A DNA stretch of 64,000 nt from Candidatus Latescibacterota bacterium (GCA_965248355.1 OZ252098.1:1248001-1312000); one strand, 5' to 3'. Counted from the first letter of the stretch, positions 32,415-42,960 are shown. A program made the numbers and translations. The notes: a model not told the origin generated them from the letters alone.

Positions 32415-32447
32415 ACGGGCGGCGGCTCTTGTCGAGCCGCCGCCCGT
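32415..32447 (+). terminator. hairpin terminator after the ferredoxin gene
   Basis: perfect 14-bp inverted repeat ACGGGCGGCGGCTC-ttgtc-GAGCCGCCGCCCGT. Confidence 0.65.
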
Positions 32448-32459
32448 TAATCTGTCGCC

Positions 32460-33530
32460 ATGGCCAGATCCCGCCCCGAAGGAAAGTCCGGGCCGAAGCG
32501 CGCCGACGACCGGCGTCGCCGGTCGAGCGATTCGACGAGATCCCCTTCGACCGCACCGCGTCCCTCGGGGCGACCGGATCCCGACCTGCTGTGGTTCCTG
32601 TACCGCAAGATGGTCGAGATCCGCAAGTTCGAGGAACACGTCTGGGACGTGTACACGCGGGGGTGGATGCCGGGGCTGGCCCACTTGTACATAGGCGAGG
32701 AGGGAGTCGCCGTCGGAGCCTGCGCCGCCCTTCGCGAAGATGACTACATCACCTCGACCCACCGGGGGCACGGGCACTGCCTGGCCAAGGGCGCCCGCCT
32801 CGACCGGATGATGGCCGAGATCATGGGCAAGGAGTCGGGCTACTGCCGCGGCAAGGGCGGATCGATGCACATCGCCGACGTCTCCCAGGGGAACCTGGGG
32901 GCCAACGGAATCGTCGGGGGCAGCTTTGGAATCGCCACCGGCGCCGCCCTGTCCGCCAAGCTGCGCGGGACCGGCCAGGTGGCGGTCTGCTTCTTCGGCG
33001 ACGGCGCGGCGAACCAGGGCATTCTGTTGGAGACGGCCAACATGGCCGTCATCTGGGACCTGCCGGCGATCTACCTGTGCGAGAACAACCAGTACGGGGA
33101 ACATACCCCCTTCGAGTCGGTTACCGGCGTCCGGGAAATCGTCGAGCGGGCCAAAGGTCTGGGCATGGAGGGAGTACGGATCGACGGCTCCGACGTGCTC
33201 GCCGTCCACCAGGCCGTGTCGGAGGGGGTCGCCAAGGCCCGAGGCGGCGGCGGCCCGACCTTCATCGAAGCCGTCACCTACCGCTTCCGAGGCCATCACG
33301 TGGGCGACGCCGCGCCCTACCGCACCAAGGAGGAGCTCGGCTGGTGGATGGAGAACAAGGATCCCATCCATCTCCTGGGCCGGCAGATGAGCAAGGCCAG
33401 GATGGCCACCGCCGCCCAACTGGACGAGATCCAGCAGCGGGTGGAGGAGGAGGTCCTGGCGGCGGTCGAGTTCGCCCGGAACGAACCCGATCCCGACCCC
33501 GCGCAGGCCCTCGAGGACGTGTACGCCTAG
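32460..33530 (+). CDS. TPP-dependent dehydrogenase E1 alpha subunit (AcoA/PdhA-like)
   Basis: 'HLYIGEE', 'STHRGHGH', 'GKGGSMH', 'FFGDGAANQG', 'ENNQYG', 'YRFRGHH'. Confidence 0.92.
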   Translation: MARSRPEGKSGPKRADDRRRRSSDSTRSPSTAPRPSGRPDPDLLWFLYRKMVEIRKFEEHVWDVYTRGWMPGLAHLYIGEEGVAVGACAALREDDYITSTHRGHGHCLAKGARLDRMMAEIMGKESGYCRGKGGSMHIADVSQGNLGANGIVGGSFGIATGAALSAKLRGTGQVAVCFFGDGAANQGILLETANMAVIWDLPAIYLCENNQYGEHTPFESVTGVREIVERAKGLGMEGVRIDGSDVLAVHQAVSEGVAKARGGGGPTFIEAVTYRFRGHHVGDAAPYRTKEELGWWMENKDPIHLLGRQMSKARMATAAQLDEIQQRVEEEVLAAVEFARNEPDPDPAQALEDVYA

Positions 33531-33538
33531 AGGGGCCG

Positions 33539-34516
33539 ATGACGCGAGAGATCACCTTCCGCGAGGCCGTGTGCGAGGCCATGGCCGAGGAGATGAGGCG
33601 CGATCCGAGGGTCGTCCTCATCGGCGAGGACGTGGGCCGGTCCGGGGGGATCTTCAAGTGCAGCGAGGGGCTGCACGAGGAGTTCGGCCCCGAGCGCGTC
33701 ATCGACGCGCCGATTTCCGAGGCGGGCTACGTCGGTGTCAGCGTCGGCGCGGCCATGACCGGCCTGCGGCCCATCGCCGAGCTGATGTTCGGGGACTTCT
33801 CCCTGCTCACCATGGATCAGCTCGTCAACCAGGCGGCCAAGATCCGCTACATGACCGGCGGCCAGTGCAAGGTGCCCCTCACCGTTCGTCTGACCATGGG
33901 GGCGGGCCGGTCCTCGGCGGCCCAGCACTCCCAGTCCCTGCACGCCCTGTTCGCCCACATCCCCGGGCTGAAAGTCGTCATCCCCTCCTGTCCCGCCGAC
34001 GCCAAGGGCCTGCTGAAGTCGGCGATCCGGGACGACAACCCGGTTCTCGTCTTCGAGGACAAGATGATGTACAACGACAGTGGTCCGGTGCCCGAGGAGG
34101 AGGCCACGATCCCCCTCGGCCGGGCGGAGATCCGCAGGAGGGGATCGGACGTCGCCCTGGTGGCCACGTCGAGCATGGTCGGCGCCGCCCTCGAGGCGGC
34201 CGAGACTCTCGCCCTCGAGGGGGTGCAGGCGGAGGTCGTCGATCTCCGCAGCCTCTTCCCCCTCGACGCCGATGCCCTCGTGGCCTCGGCGAAGAAGACG
34301 GGCTACGTCGTCATCGTGGACGAGGGCACCCGGCGCTTCGGCGTGACCGGCGAACTGGCCTCCGTCATTCAGGAAGGCGCCTTCGACTGGCTCGACGGGC
34401 CGGTCGTTCGAGTCGCCGCCGCCGACGTGCCCATCCCCTTCAGTCCCGCCCTCGAGATGCCCACGATCCCCGATGCGGCTCGCATCGTGGAGGCCGTGCA
34501 CAGCATGCGGGGTTGA
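33539..34516 (+). CDS. TPP-dependent dehydrogenase E1 beta subunit (AcoB/PdhB-like)
   Basis: 'GEDVG', 'DAPISEAG', 'DQLVNQAAK', 'AAQHSQ', 'DLRSLFPLD'. Confidence 0.92.
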   Translation: MTREITFREAVCEAMAEEMRRDPRVVLIGEDVGRSGGIFKCSEGLHEEFGPERVIDAPISEAGYVGVSVGAAMTGLRPIAELMFGDFSLLTMDQLVNQAAKIRYMTGGQCKVPLTVRLTMGAGRSSAAQHSQSLHALFAHIPGLKVVIPSCPADAKGLLKSAIRDDNPVLVFEDKMMYNDSGPVPEEEATIPLGRAEIRRRGSDVALVATSSMVGAALEAAETLALEGVQAEVVDLRSLFPLDADALVASAKKTGYVVIVDEGTRRFGVTGELASVIQEGAFDWLDGPVVRVAAADVPIPFSPALEMPTIPDAARIVEAVHSMRG

Positions 34517-34523
34517 GCAGCGG

Positions 34524-35441
34524 ATGTCCCGACCCCTTTGTCTCGTCACGGGCTCGTCGAGCGGAATCGGCTCCGCCATCGTCCGCCGCTTCGCCGCCCA
34601 CGGCTACGACGTCGTCATTCACTACAACTCCGGACGGGACCGGGCCCGGGCCATCGCCGCCGAGATCGCCGGGCGGCACCAGGCCGCGGCGCACGTCATC
34701 GGCGCCGATCTATCCCGTAAGGACGAGGCCTTCCGTCTCGTCGACGAAGCCTTCGAGCGTTTCGGGCGCCTCGACGTGGCGATCAGCAACAGCGGCGTCG
34801 CCAACTACGTCCACGGGGACGACGGGGAGCTCATCCGGCACCGCTTCCAGGAGTGTCCGCCCGAACATCTCGACCGGGAGATGGCCCGCGTACTCGATCT
34901 CAACTTGATGGGGGCCTACCGCTTCGGCCAGCGGGCCCTGAAGCGCATGATCGAGGCCGCCGAGACGGAGGCCGCCTCCGGGCGGCCGCCCCATCGCAGC
35001 ATCCTCTTCATCACCTCCATCTCCGACGTGGCACCCGAGACGACCCGCATCCCCTATGGTGTCAGCAAGGCCGCCCTCAACCACGTCATCCTCGGCGCCG
35101 CCTTCGAGGCCGGGCCCCACAACATCACCGTGAACGCCCTGCGGCCGGGGGTCGTCGGCACACCGCTGACGGCCCGCCCCTCGGGAGTAAAGGATCCGGC
35201 CTCGGGGCGGGAGTACACGGTGGCGGAGACCTACGGGCTGATGGCCGAAGGAGGCGCCCAGGCCCTTCCGTGGATCGCCGAACCCGACGACATCGCGGTG
35301 GCCGCCTACGCCTTCGCGCGGATTCCCTACATGACGGGGCAACTGGTCGCCGTGGACGGCGGATTCACGCTCGCCAACGGTTTCCCGAACCGCGATCTGT
35401 TTCTGAACGAGGGGTTGCGCAGACGCCACGGAGGTGGCTGA
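34524..35441 (+). CDS. SDR family oxidoreductase
   Basis: 'TGSSSGIG', 'SNSG', 'YGVSK', 'VNALRPG', 'TGQLVAVDGG'. Confidence 0.88.
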   Translation: MSRPLCLVTGSSSGIGSAIVRRFAAHGYDVVIHYNSGRDRARAIAAEIAGRHQAAAHVIGADLSRKDEAFRLVDEAFERFGRLDVAISNSGVANYVHGDDGELIRHRFQECPPEHLDREMARVLDLNLMGAYRFGQRALKRMIEAAETEAASGRPPHRSILFITSISDVAPETTRIPYGVSKAALNHVILGAAFEAGPHNITVNALRPGVVGTPLTARPSGVKDPASGREYTVAETYGLMAEGGAQALPWIAEPDDIAVAAYAFARIPYMTGQLVAVDGGFTLANGFPNRDLFLNEGLRRRHGGG

Positions 35442-35484
35442 GGGGGCCGCGTCTGCAGGGCGCCTGACCGGCGGGGTTGGCGCC

Positions 35485-36237
35485 TCAGTGCTCCTTGATG
35501 CTTCCCATTCGGATGTCGATGTCCTCGCGGTTGGCTACGCGCTCAAGGGCACCGTCGCGGATCCAGGCCATCCGGTCGCAGGCGCTCAGCATCTTGTCGT
35601 CGTGGGTCACGGTGATGATCGTCGAGCCCATCTCCGCCCGCAGCTTCTTCATGTAGTCGATGATCGTCTGGCCCGTGTTGCTGTCGAGGTTGCCCGTGGG
35701 TTCGTCGGCGAGGATGATCCTCGGACTGTTGACGAAGGCCCGGGCGATGGCGACGCGCTGCTGCTGTCCGCCGCTCAACTCCGAGGGCAGGTGGTGGGCG
35801 CGGTCGGCCAGACCGACGATGTCCAGACATTCCATGGCCCGCTTCTCGCCGTCGGCGGTGCTCAGGCCCGCGAAGATCGTCGGCAGAGCGACGTTCATCA
35901 GAGCGCTCATCACCGGCAGCAGGTTGTAGGTCTGGAAGATGTATCCCAGCTCGAAGCAGCGAACGGCGGCCAGCTTCTGCGGAGACAGGGAGGCCAGGTT
36001 GACCCCCTCGATCAGGACCTCGCCGGAGGTGGGTGTCTGCAGCGCGCCGATCTGGTTGAACAAGGTGCTCTTGCCCGAGCCGGAGGGCCCCATGATGGCG
36101 AAGAACTCGTTCTCGTAGACCTTGACAGTCAGACCGCGCAAGGCATGGACATGGGTCGACTCGTCTCGGTTCTTCGCGTTGTAGACCATCCTCACCTCGC
36201 GAACATCGACGATGACGGAACCACTCGTCTGCGCCAT
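35485..36237 (-). CDS. ABC transporter ATP-binding protein (LolD/MacB-like); no permease adjacent
   Basis: 'GPSGSGKST', '[14 protein letters not shown]', 'ADEPTGNLD', 'VTHD'. Confidence 0.93.
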   Translation of the reverse strand: MAQTSGSVIVDVREVRMVYNAKNRDESTHVHALRGLTVKVYENEFFAIMGPSGSGKSTLFNQIGALQTPTSGEVLIEGVNLASLSPQKLAAVRCFELGYIFQTYNLLPVMSALMNVALPTIFAGLSTADGEKRAMECLDIVGLADRAHHLPSELSGGQQQRVAIARAFVNSPRIILADEPTGNLDSNTGQTIIDYMKKLRAEMGSTIITVTHDDKMLSACDRMAWIRDGALERVANREDIDIRMGSIKEH

Positions 36238-36320
36238 GGGCCGGTCTATTCCTTGACGGATTTCAGCGGGCTCAACCCGCGTGGAGGGGCTTCCGGGCGT
36301 CCCGAGGGCCGCCTCGCCCC

Positions 36321-36350
36321 AATGTAATCCGAACCCCCGAGGGGGGTCAA
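36321..36350 (-). promoter_or_regulatory. putative promoter for the ABC ATPase gene
   Basis: TTGACC-18 nt-TACATT. Confidence 0.5.
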
Positions 36351-36394
36351 TCGAGAGGGACCGCCTACCTCCGACTGGCCGGGATTTCGGCTCG

Positions 36395-38404
36395 TCAGCC
36401 CGCCCTCCTGTCGCTGTCCTGCTCCTTCAGACGGGCGATCTCGTCGCGCAGCCCTGCGGCCTTCTCGAACTCCAGGGCCGCCGCGGCCACGTTCATCTGA
36501 CGCTCGAGCTCGGCCAGCATGTCCTCCACGGCATCCTCCGCCGCCCCCGCCGAGTAGTCCCTCCGGGGACGCTCGGCCGCCGCCTCCGCCTGCTTGACTC
36601 TCTCCAGCACCGATGTGGTCTGCAGGATGTCCGCCCGGGTCCGCCGAATCGTCTGCGGCGTGATGCCGTGCTCCTCGTTGAAGGCGTGCTGCAACCGCCG
36701 CCGCCGCCCGGTCTCCTCGATCGTCCGCTGCATCGAGTTCGTCACCTTGTCGCCGTAGAGGATGACGAGTCCGGCGGCGTTGCGGGCGGCCCGTCCCACC
36801 GTCTGGATCAGGGCCTGCTCGGAGCGCAGGAACCCCTCCTTGTCGGCGTCGAGAATGGCCACGAGGGAGACCTCGGGCAGGTCCAGGCCCTCGCGCAGCA
36901 GGTTGATCCCCACCAGGACATCGAACTCCCCCAGGCGGAGATCCCGCAGGATGCCGACCCTGTCGAGGGTGTCGATCTCGGAGTGCAGGTAGCGGGCGCG
37001 GAACCCGAGTTGAGCCAGGTAATCGGTGAGTTTCTCGGCCATGCGCTTGGTCAGCACGGTGACAAGGACTCGCTCGCTCTTCTCCGCGCGAGCCCTGATC
37101 TCCTCCATGAGGTCGTCGACCTGGTTGCCCAGGGGCCGGACCTCGATGACCGGGTCGACCAGCCCCGTGGGGCGGATCACCTGCTCGACCACCATTCCCC
37201 CCGCCCGCTCCAGCTCGTAGGCGGCGGGCGTGGCCGAAAGGAAGATCGTCTGCCCCATGTGCTCCTCGAACTCCTCGAAGTACAGAGGCCGGTTGTCGTA
37301 CGCCGAAGGCAGGCGGAAGCCGTGCTCGACGAGCATGTCCTTGCGCGAGCGGTCTCCCCGCCACATGCCCCGCACCTGGGGAATCGTCATGTGCGACTCG
37401 TCGATGAACAGCAGGAAGTCGTCGGGGAAATAATCCATCAGCACCCACGGCGGCGCCCCGGGTTCGCGGTGGTCCATGTAGCGCGAGTAGTTCTCGATCC
37501 CCGGGCAGTAGCCGATCTCCCGGATCATCTCGACATCGTAGCGGGTACGCGTCTCCAGGCGGTGGGCCTCGACGAGCTTCTCCTGCTCCTGCAGCTCCAG
37601 CAGCCGCTGCTCGAGTTCCAGAAGGATCGCCTCGCAGGCGCGCTCGATCTTGTCCTCGTCGGTGACGTAGGCCTTGGCGGGATAGAGGGTGACCCCCTGG
37701 CGTTCGTCGACCTGGCTTCCCGTGACCGTATCGAGGATGGTGATCGCCTCCACCTCGTCCCCGAACAGCTCGATGTGAACCGCGAGATCCTCGGCGGCGG
37801 GAACGACTTCGACCACGTCGCCGCGCACCCGGAAGCAGCCGCGCCTCAGCTCCAGATCGTTGCGGCTGTAGTAGATGTCGATCAGGCGGCGGAGCAGATC
37901 GTCCCGTTCGATGCGCTCCCCCACCCTGACGGTGAGGCGCTGGGCCTCGAATTCGCGGGGCGAGCCGAGCCCGTAGATGCAGGAGACGGTGGAGACGATG
38001 ATCGTGTCCCGGCGCTCGAGGAGGGAGCTCATCGCTTTCAGGCGCAGGCGGTCGATCTCCTCGTTGATATCGACCTCCTTCTCGATATAGGTGTCGGTGG
38101 CGGGCCGGTAGGCCTCGGGCTGGTAGTAGTCGTAGTAGCTGACGAAGTACTCCACCGCGTGGTCCGGGAAGTAGCCCCGCAGTTCACCGTAGAGCTGGGC
38201 GGCCAGGGTCTTGTTGTGGGAGATGACCAGGGCCGGCCGGTCGAAGTGAGCGATGACGTTGGCCATGGTGAACGTCTTGCCGCTGCCCGTAACCCCCAGA
38301 AGGGTCTGGCACGGGACCTCCCGCTCGATGCCCTCGACGAGCTCGGCGAGGGCCCGCGGCTGGTCGCCCTGCGGCTCGTAGTCGGCGACGAGGCGGTATG
38401 ACAC
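36395..38404 (-). CDS. uvrB: excinuclease ABC subunit B
   Basis: 'GDQP', '[10 protein letters not shown]', '[14 protein letters not shown]', 'DESH', '[14 protein letters not shown]', C-terminal UVR domain. Confidence 0.99.
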   Translation of the reverse strand: MSYRLVADYEPQGDQPRALAELVEGIEREVPCQTLLGVTGSGKTFTMANVIAHFDRPALVISHNKTLAAQLYGELRGYFPDHAVEYFVSYYDYYQPEAYRPATDTYIEKEVDINEEIDRLRLKAMSSLLERRDTIIVSTVSCIYGLGSPREFEAQRLTVRVGERIERDDLLRRLIDIYYSRNDLELRRGCFRVRGDVVEVVPAAEDLAVHIELFGDEVEAITILDTVTGSQVDERQGVTLYPAKAYVTDEDKIERACEAILLELEQRLLELQEQEKLVEAHRLETRTRYDVEMIREIGYCPGIENYSRYMDHREPGAPPWVLMDYFPDDFLLFIDESHMTIPQVRGMWRGDRSRKDMLVEHGFRLPSAYDNRPLYFEEFEEHMGQTIFLSATPAAYELERAGGMVVEQVIRPTGLVDPVIEVRPLGNQVDDLMEEIRARAEKSERVLVTVLTKRMAEKLTDYLAQLGFRARYLHSEIDTLDRVGILRDLRLGEFDVLVGINLLREGLDLPEVSLVAILDADKEGFLRSEQALIQTVGRAARNAAGLVILYGDKVTNSMQRTIEETGRRRRLQHAFNEEHGITPQTIRRTRADILQTTSVLERVKQAEAAAERPRRDYSAGAAEDAVEDMLAELERQMNVAAAALEFEKAAGLRDEIARLKEQDSDRRAG

Positions 38405-38462
38405 GGGCCGAAACTCCTTGTCTCTCAGATGGATACACCTGCCGGGGAGGAACCCTGCGTCG

Positions 38463-38492
38463 AATCTATGATCCCTGGAGAAACCCTGTCAA
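38463..38492 (-). promoter_or_regulatory. uvrB promoter
   Basis: TTGACA-18 nt-TAGATT. Confidence 0.6.
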
Positions 38493-38648
38493 CGTTCCCT
38501 CGCTCGTCCTGCTGCTGAATTGTCAGCATGGCAGCTTTTCATGCCCTATTTGCAGCACCACCAGCCTCTGGGGGAGGGATTGGGAAGAGCTGGCCTTGGC
38601 AGTTATCTCATTGCAGGACAACGGATTGTCCAAGTCCTTTCAAGACCA

Positions 38649-38664
38649 TGGTACGAATGTTGCG
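38649..38664 (+). promoter_or_regulatory. sigma54 (-24/-12) promoter upstream of dnaK
   Basis: TGGTACG-AATG-TTGCG versus consensus TGGCACG-N4-TTGCW, with exact GG-N10-GC spacing. Confidence 0.7.
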
Positions 38665-38721
38665 TGAGGGGAGTTCCTTACTCGCGGCATCCATTGGCAA
38701 CACATGACAGGGAGCTGAATG

Positions 38722-40665
38722 ATGGCCAAGGTGATCGGTATCGATCTGGGAACGACGAATTCCTGCGTGGCGGTGATGGAAGGCTCGGAGCCGGCGGTGA
38801 TCGCCAATTCGGAGGGCGGCCGCACGACGCCGTCCATGGTGGCCTTCGCCAAGGACGGGGAACGGCTGGTGGGCCAGACGGCCAAGCGCCAGGCGGTGAC
38901 CAACCCGACGAATACGGTCTTCTCCATCAAGCGCTTCATGGGGCGCCGCTTCGAGGAGGTCGCCCAGGAAATCACGGAGGTGCCTTACGCGGTGAAGAAG
39001 GGACCTCGGGACCTGGCGGTGGTGGAGATCGAGGGGGACTCGTCGACGCCGCCGGAGATCTCCGCCATGATCCTGCAGAAAATGAAGCAGACGGCCGACG
39101 ACTACCTTGGCGAACCCGTGACGCAGGCGGTGATCACCGTGCCGGCCTATTTCAACGACGCCCAGCGTCAGGCGACCAAGGACGCGGGCGCGATCGCCGG
39201 TCTGGAGGTGCTGCGCATCGTCAACGAGCCGACGGCGGCGGCACTGGCCTACGGGCTGGACCGGGAGACATCGTCGGAGAAGATCGCGGTCTACGACCTG
39301 GGCGGCGGCACCTTCGACATCTCGATCCTGGAGCTGGGTGACGGCGTCTTCGAGGTGAAGTCGACGAACGGGGACACGCACTTGGGCGGTGACGACTTCG
39401 ACCAGCGGGTGATCGACTGGATGGCGGCTGACTTCCAGGCCAAGGAGGGCATCGACCTTCGCCGGGACCCCATGGCCCTGCAACGGTTGAAGGAGGCGGC
39501 GGAGAAGGCCAAGTGCGAGCTGTCCTCGTCGGGGGCCACGGAGATTCACCTGCCCTTCATCACCGCCGATCAGACGGGTCCGAAGCACCTGCAGATGAAC
39601 CTGAGCCGGGCGCGCTTCGAGCAGCTGGTGGAGGATCTGGTGCAGCGCACGCGGGGTCCCTGCGAGCAGGCGCTGAAGGACGCGGGACTGCCGGCCGATC
39701 AGATCGACGCGGTGATCCTGGTGGGCGGCTCGACGAGAATGCCGAAGGTCCAGGAGCTGGTCAAGGAGCTGTTCGGTCAAGAGCCGCACCGGGGGGTGAA
39801 CCCGGACGAGGTGGTGGCCGTCGGGGCGGCGATCCAGGCGGGGGTGCTGTCGGGTGAGGTGGACGACGTGCTTCTGCTCGACGTGACGCCCCTGTCGCTG
39901 GGGATCGAGACCATGGGCGGGGTGATGACCAAACTGATGGAGCGCAACACGACGATCCCCACGAACAAGAGCCAGATGTTCTCCACGGCGGCCGACAACC
40001 AGCCCTCCGTGGAGGTCCACGTGTTGCAGGGCGAGCGGGAGTTCGCCGCCGACAACCGTACGCTGGGTCGGTTTCACCTGGACGGCATCCCTTCGGCGCC
40101 GCGCGGCATGCCGCAGATCGAGGTGAGCTTCGACATCGATGCCAACGGCATTCTCAACGTGCAGGCGCGGGACAAGGGCACCAACAAGGAGCAGTCGATC
40201 CGTATCGAGTCGTCAAGCGGCCTCAGCTCGGCGGAGGTCGAGCGGATGCAAAAGGAGGCGGAGGCCAACGCCGAGCAGGACAAGGCCCGTCGGGGCCAGG
40301 TGGACAAGCGCAACGAGGCCGACCAGCTGGTCTACGCCACCGAGAAGAGCCTGAAGGAGCACGGAGACAAGCTCGCCGAGGCGGATCGACAGGCGGTGGA
40401 GCAGGCCCTGGGCGAGACTCGCAAGGCCCTGGAGGGAGAGGATCCGGCGGCGGTCGAGACGGCGGTGAACCAGCTGCAGCAGGCCTCCCACAAGCTGGCC
40501 GAAGTGGTCTATGCCGAGGCCCAGCAGGGGGGGGAGCCCCCGTCGGGGACCGCCGGGCCGCAGGGACAGGAGCCTGAGGGGGCCGAGGCGAAGGACCAGA
40601 ACCAGGGCGCCGTGGACGCCGACTTCGAGGTGGTGGACGAGAACAAGCCCAAGACCGACGGCTAG
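38722..40665 (+). CDS. dnaK: molecular chaperone DnaK
   Basis: '[10 protein letters not shown]', 'TVPAYFND', 'DLGGGTFD', 'NPDEVVA', '[10 protein letters not shown]'; GGAG 7 nt before ATG 38722 (alternative ATG at 38719). Confidence 0.99.
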   Translation: MAKVIGIDLGTTNSCVAVMEGSEPAVIANSEGGRTTPSMVAFAKDGERLVGQTAKRQAVTNPTNTVFSIKRFMGRRFEEVAQEITEVPYAVKKGPRDLAVVEIEGDSSTPPEISAMILQKMKQTADDYLGEPVTQAVITVPAYFNDAQRQATKDAGAIAGLEVLRIVNEPTAAALAYGLDRETSSEKIAVYDLGGGTFDISILELGDGVFEVKSTNGDTHLGGDDFDQRVIDWMAADFQAKEGIDLRRDPMALQRLKEAAEKAKCELSSSGATEIHLPFITADQTGPKHLQMNLSRARFEQLVEDLVQRTRGPCEQALKDAGLPADQIDAVILVGGSTRMPKVQELVKELFGQEPHRGVNPDEVVAVGAAIQAGVLSGEVDDVLLLDVTPLSLGIETMGGVMTKLMERNTTIPTNKSQMFSTAADNQPSVEVHVLQGEREFAADNRTLGRFHLDGIPSAPRGMPQIEVSFDIDANGILNVQARDKGTNKEQSIRIESSSGLSSAEVERMQKEAEANAEQDKARRGQVDKRNEADQLVYATEKSLKEHGDKLAEADRQAVEQALGETRKALEGEDPAAVETAVNQLQQASHKLAEVVYAEAQQGGEPPSGTAGPQGQEPEGAEAKDQNQGAVDADFEVVDENKPKTDG

Positions 40666-40672
40666 AAACGAG

Positions 40673-41710
40673 CTACGACGCCGGGCGCAGCAACAGCTTG
40701 AGGCCCTCCTGCCGCTCCATCATCTCGAAACCGCGCCGCCACTCCGCCAGCGGCAACCGGTGGGAGATCAGCTTCTCGTTGTCCATGAGTCCCGAGGCCA
40801 TGAGCTTGAGGGCTCGCTCCCACGCGGTGCGCCGCTGACCGATGCCGCCGCTCACAAGAAGCTCCTTGTAGGCGATCTTCTCGAAGTCGACCTCGACCCG
40901 GCGGCCGGGCAAACCCATGAGTGAGACCTTCCCACGCTTGCGCACGGCCTCGAGAGCCAGATCGATGGCCGCCGCCGCGCCGGCACACTCGATGACGACG
41001 TCGGCCCCGTAACCGCCGCTGAGCTCGGCGATCCGGCCGGCCGCATCCTCGGCGTCCACGTCGAGGACGTGGGGCAACCCGAGTTCGTGCTCCGCGAAGC
41101 GAAGTCGGTCCCGGTCGCGGGAGGTGCCGCACAGCACGACGGATCCTCCTTCGGCGGCCGCCACGAGGGAGCTGAACAGGCCCACGGGGCCGGGACCGAT
41201 CACGGCGACCAGGTCTCCCACGGTGACTCCGGCTTGCTCGATCACGGAGTGCACGCAGCAGGCCAGCAACTCGGTGAGGGCTCCCGCCTCGAAGCTCACC
41301 CCATCCGGCAACCGGTGAACGAGAGTCGCGTTGACGAAGGGCGCGAAGCAGCCGTCGTGGAAGTATCCCATCACCGTCCGCGTCGGACACATGTTGTAGT
41401 GACCGCTGCGGCAGTAGTCGCAGCGACCGCAGATCTCGATGCTCGGCTCGCCGGTGACCCGGTCGCCGACGGCGACCTCGTCGCCCACCTCGCTCCCCTT
41501 CTCCACCACGACGCCGCTGAACTCGTGGCCCATCACCACCGGGGTGCGGATCTTGTAGTTGATCGTGTCGTGATAGATGTGCAGGTCGGATCCACAGATC
41601 CCGGCGGCCCTCACCTCGACCTTGACCTGCCACGGCCCCGGCGGCGCATCGGCCACCTCTCGCATCTCCACGAAGCCGGGACCTCGGTCGTACTTGACGA
41701 CGGCCTGCAC
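40673..41710 (-). CDS. zinc-dependent (MDR) alcohol/sugar dehydrogenase
   Basis: 'GICGSD', 'GHEFSG', 'CGRCDYCRSGHYNMC', 'GPGPVG'. Confidence 0.92.
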   Translation of the reverse strand: MQAVVKYDRGPGFVEMREVADAPPGPWQVKVEVRAAGICGSDLHIYHDTINYKIRTPVVMGHEFSGVVVEKGSEVGDEVAVGDRVTGEPSIEICGRCDYCRSGHYNMCPTRTVMGYFHDGCFAPFVNATLVHRLPDGVSFEAGALTELLACCVHSVIEQAGVTVGDLVAVIGPGPVGLFSSLVAAAEGGSVVLCGTSRDRDRLRFAEHELGLPHVLDVDAEDAAGRIAELSGGYGADVVIECAGAAAAIDLALEAVRKRGKVSLMGLPGRRVEVDFEKIAYKELLVSGGIGQRRTAWERALKLMASGLMDNEKLISHRLPLAEWRRGFEMMERQEGLKLLLRPAS

Positions 41711-41719
41711 ACCGGGCTC

Positions 41720-42823
41720 CTAGTCGGTGGGAGATACGGGCTCCGCGGGCCCGGCCTCCGGCGGCTGTGAGTCCGCGTCCACCATCAGCTCGATCCGGTC
41801 CCCCGCGGCGATCGCCCCGGCCCCCGAGAGAGCGGCCACCTTCGACACCCGCGTACCGATGATTTCGCGAACCTCGATCACGGCGATCCGCTCATCGGGA
41901 TCGACGTCCTGGCGGCTTGCCGCCGGATAGACGGAGAATCGGTAGCCTTGGTGAACTCCGTTCTCACTTCCGATGTTGATGAAGATCTCAGACCCGGACA
42001 CGGAGAGGATCTCGGACGCGCCGGAGTCGATGCGGATGCCGGTGGGCCGCAACAGTTGTACCGCCTTCTCAACCACTTCGGCCATGGCCAGCACGGTGGC
42101 CTCGCCGATGGCGGTGCCGCGGAACTCCTCCGATCCGTAGGCCATCTCCCCGAGATTCGCGAACTGGTAGTCCTGCTTCCTCGGCTTGCCCAGCAGGTCG
42201 AGTCCGAGACCCCGGTCGATGGTCTCCTGCCTGGAGTGAGCCGAGCCGATCCGGGTGAGATCGGCAGCCCGGACCAGGTGAACCTCCATCTCGGCCACGC
42301 CCTTGTAGGACTTGTAGCCGCCGATCAGGGGATCGCCCACGTGCAGCCGTTCCATGTTGTAGTCGAGGAGCACACCCCGGGCCAGGACGCCGGCCTGCAG
42401 AACCTCGCCGATTCGACGAAGCTCCGCGTCCGTCCACCGCGACCTGCCTTGACCCGCGACTTCCTCCACGACGGCGAAGGGAACCACGTGCCAGGCCGGG
42501 ACGACCTCCATCTCGGAGCTCAGCATCCGCGGCACTTGGTGCATCAGGTCCCAGACGCCTTCGCGGAAACCGGAATCGTCCTCGAAGGGCAGCACGGCGA
42601 CCCAGGGCCGGTACGCGCCGAGTTCGTCGGCCGAGGCGCGCTGGTCGAGATAGGCCTGAAGCAGAGCGCCAGGCGGACCCCCCTCATCCCCGCCGCCGGG
42701 GGGCGTCCCGGCGCCCGGTGCGGTCAGACCCCTGGGCAGACAGCTGGCGAGGGTCAGCAAGGCCACACTCGCCAGGGCGAAGTGCGGGAAGATGCGTGGG
42801 ACGCCTGGTGGTTTCTGCGTCAT
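41720..42823 (-). CDS. hypothetical lipoprotein (CsgG/TolB-N-like domain plus FlgT-C-like beta domain)
   Basis: lipobox 'LASC'; 'VAVLPFED'; C-terminal 'IFINIGSENGVHQGYRFSVY'. Confidence 0.6.
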   Translation of the reverse strand: MTQKPPGVPRIFPHFALASVALLTLASCLPRGLTAPGAGTPPGGGDEGGPPGALLQAYLDQRASADELGAYRPWVAVLPFEDDSGFREGVWDLMHQVPRMLSSEMEVVPAWHVVPFAVVEEVAGQGRSRWTDAELRRIGEVLQAGVLARGVLLDYNMERLHVGDPLIGGYKSYKGVAEMEVHLVRAADLTRIGSAHSRQETIDRGLGLDLLGKPRKQDYQFANLGEMAYGSEEFRGTAIGEATVLAMAEVVEKAVQLLRPTGIRIDSGASEILSVSGSEIFINIGSENGVHQGYRFSVYPAASRQDVDPDERIAVIEVREIIGTRVSKVAALSGAGAIAAGDRIELMVDADSQPPEAGPAEPVSPTD

Positions 42824-42884
42824 GGGCGGTGTGCACAAGTCCGACGGGAGCCGGCGGCGAGGTGGCCGCCTGGCGCGATTGGAT

Positions 42885-42960
42885 TGGAGCCGCCTCGGGG
42901 GATCGAACCCCGAACCGCCTGATTACAAATCAGGTGCTCTACCAATTGAGCTAAAGCGGC
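42885..42960 (-). tRNA. tRNA-Thr(UGU)
   Basis: GCCGCTTTAGCTCAATTGGTAGAGCACCTGATT-TGT-AATCAGGCGGTTCGGGGTTCGATCCCCCGAGGCGGCTCCA; 76-nt cloverleaf with encoded CCA. Confidence 0.97.

Noticed and set aside
38405..38718. CIRCE or LexA boxes between uvrB and dnaK
   Set aside because: No TTAGCACTC-N9-GAGTGCTAA and no recognisable CTGT-N8-ACAG or GAAC-N4-GTTC found by eye
38608..40077. Long ORF antisense to dnaK (and 58936-60423 antisense to gdh)
   Set aside because: Known codon-bias artefact of hsp70 and other high-GC genes; no independent expression signals
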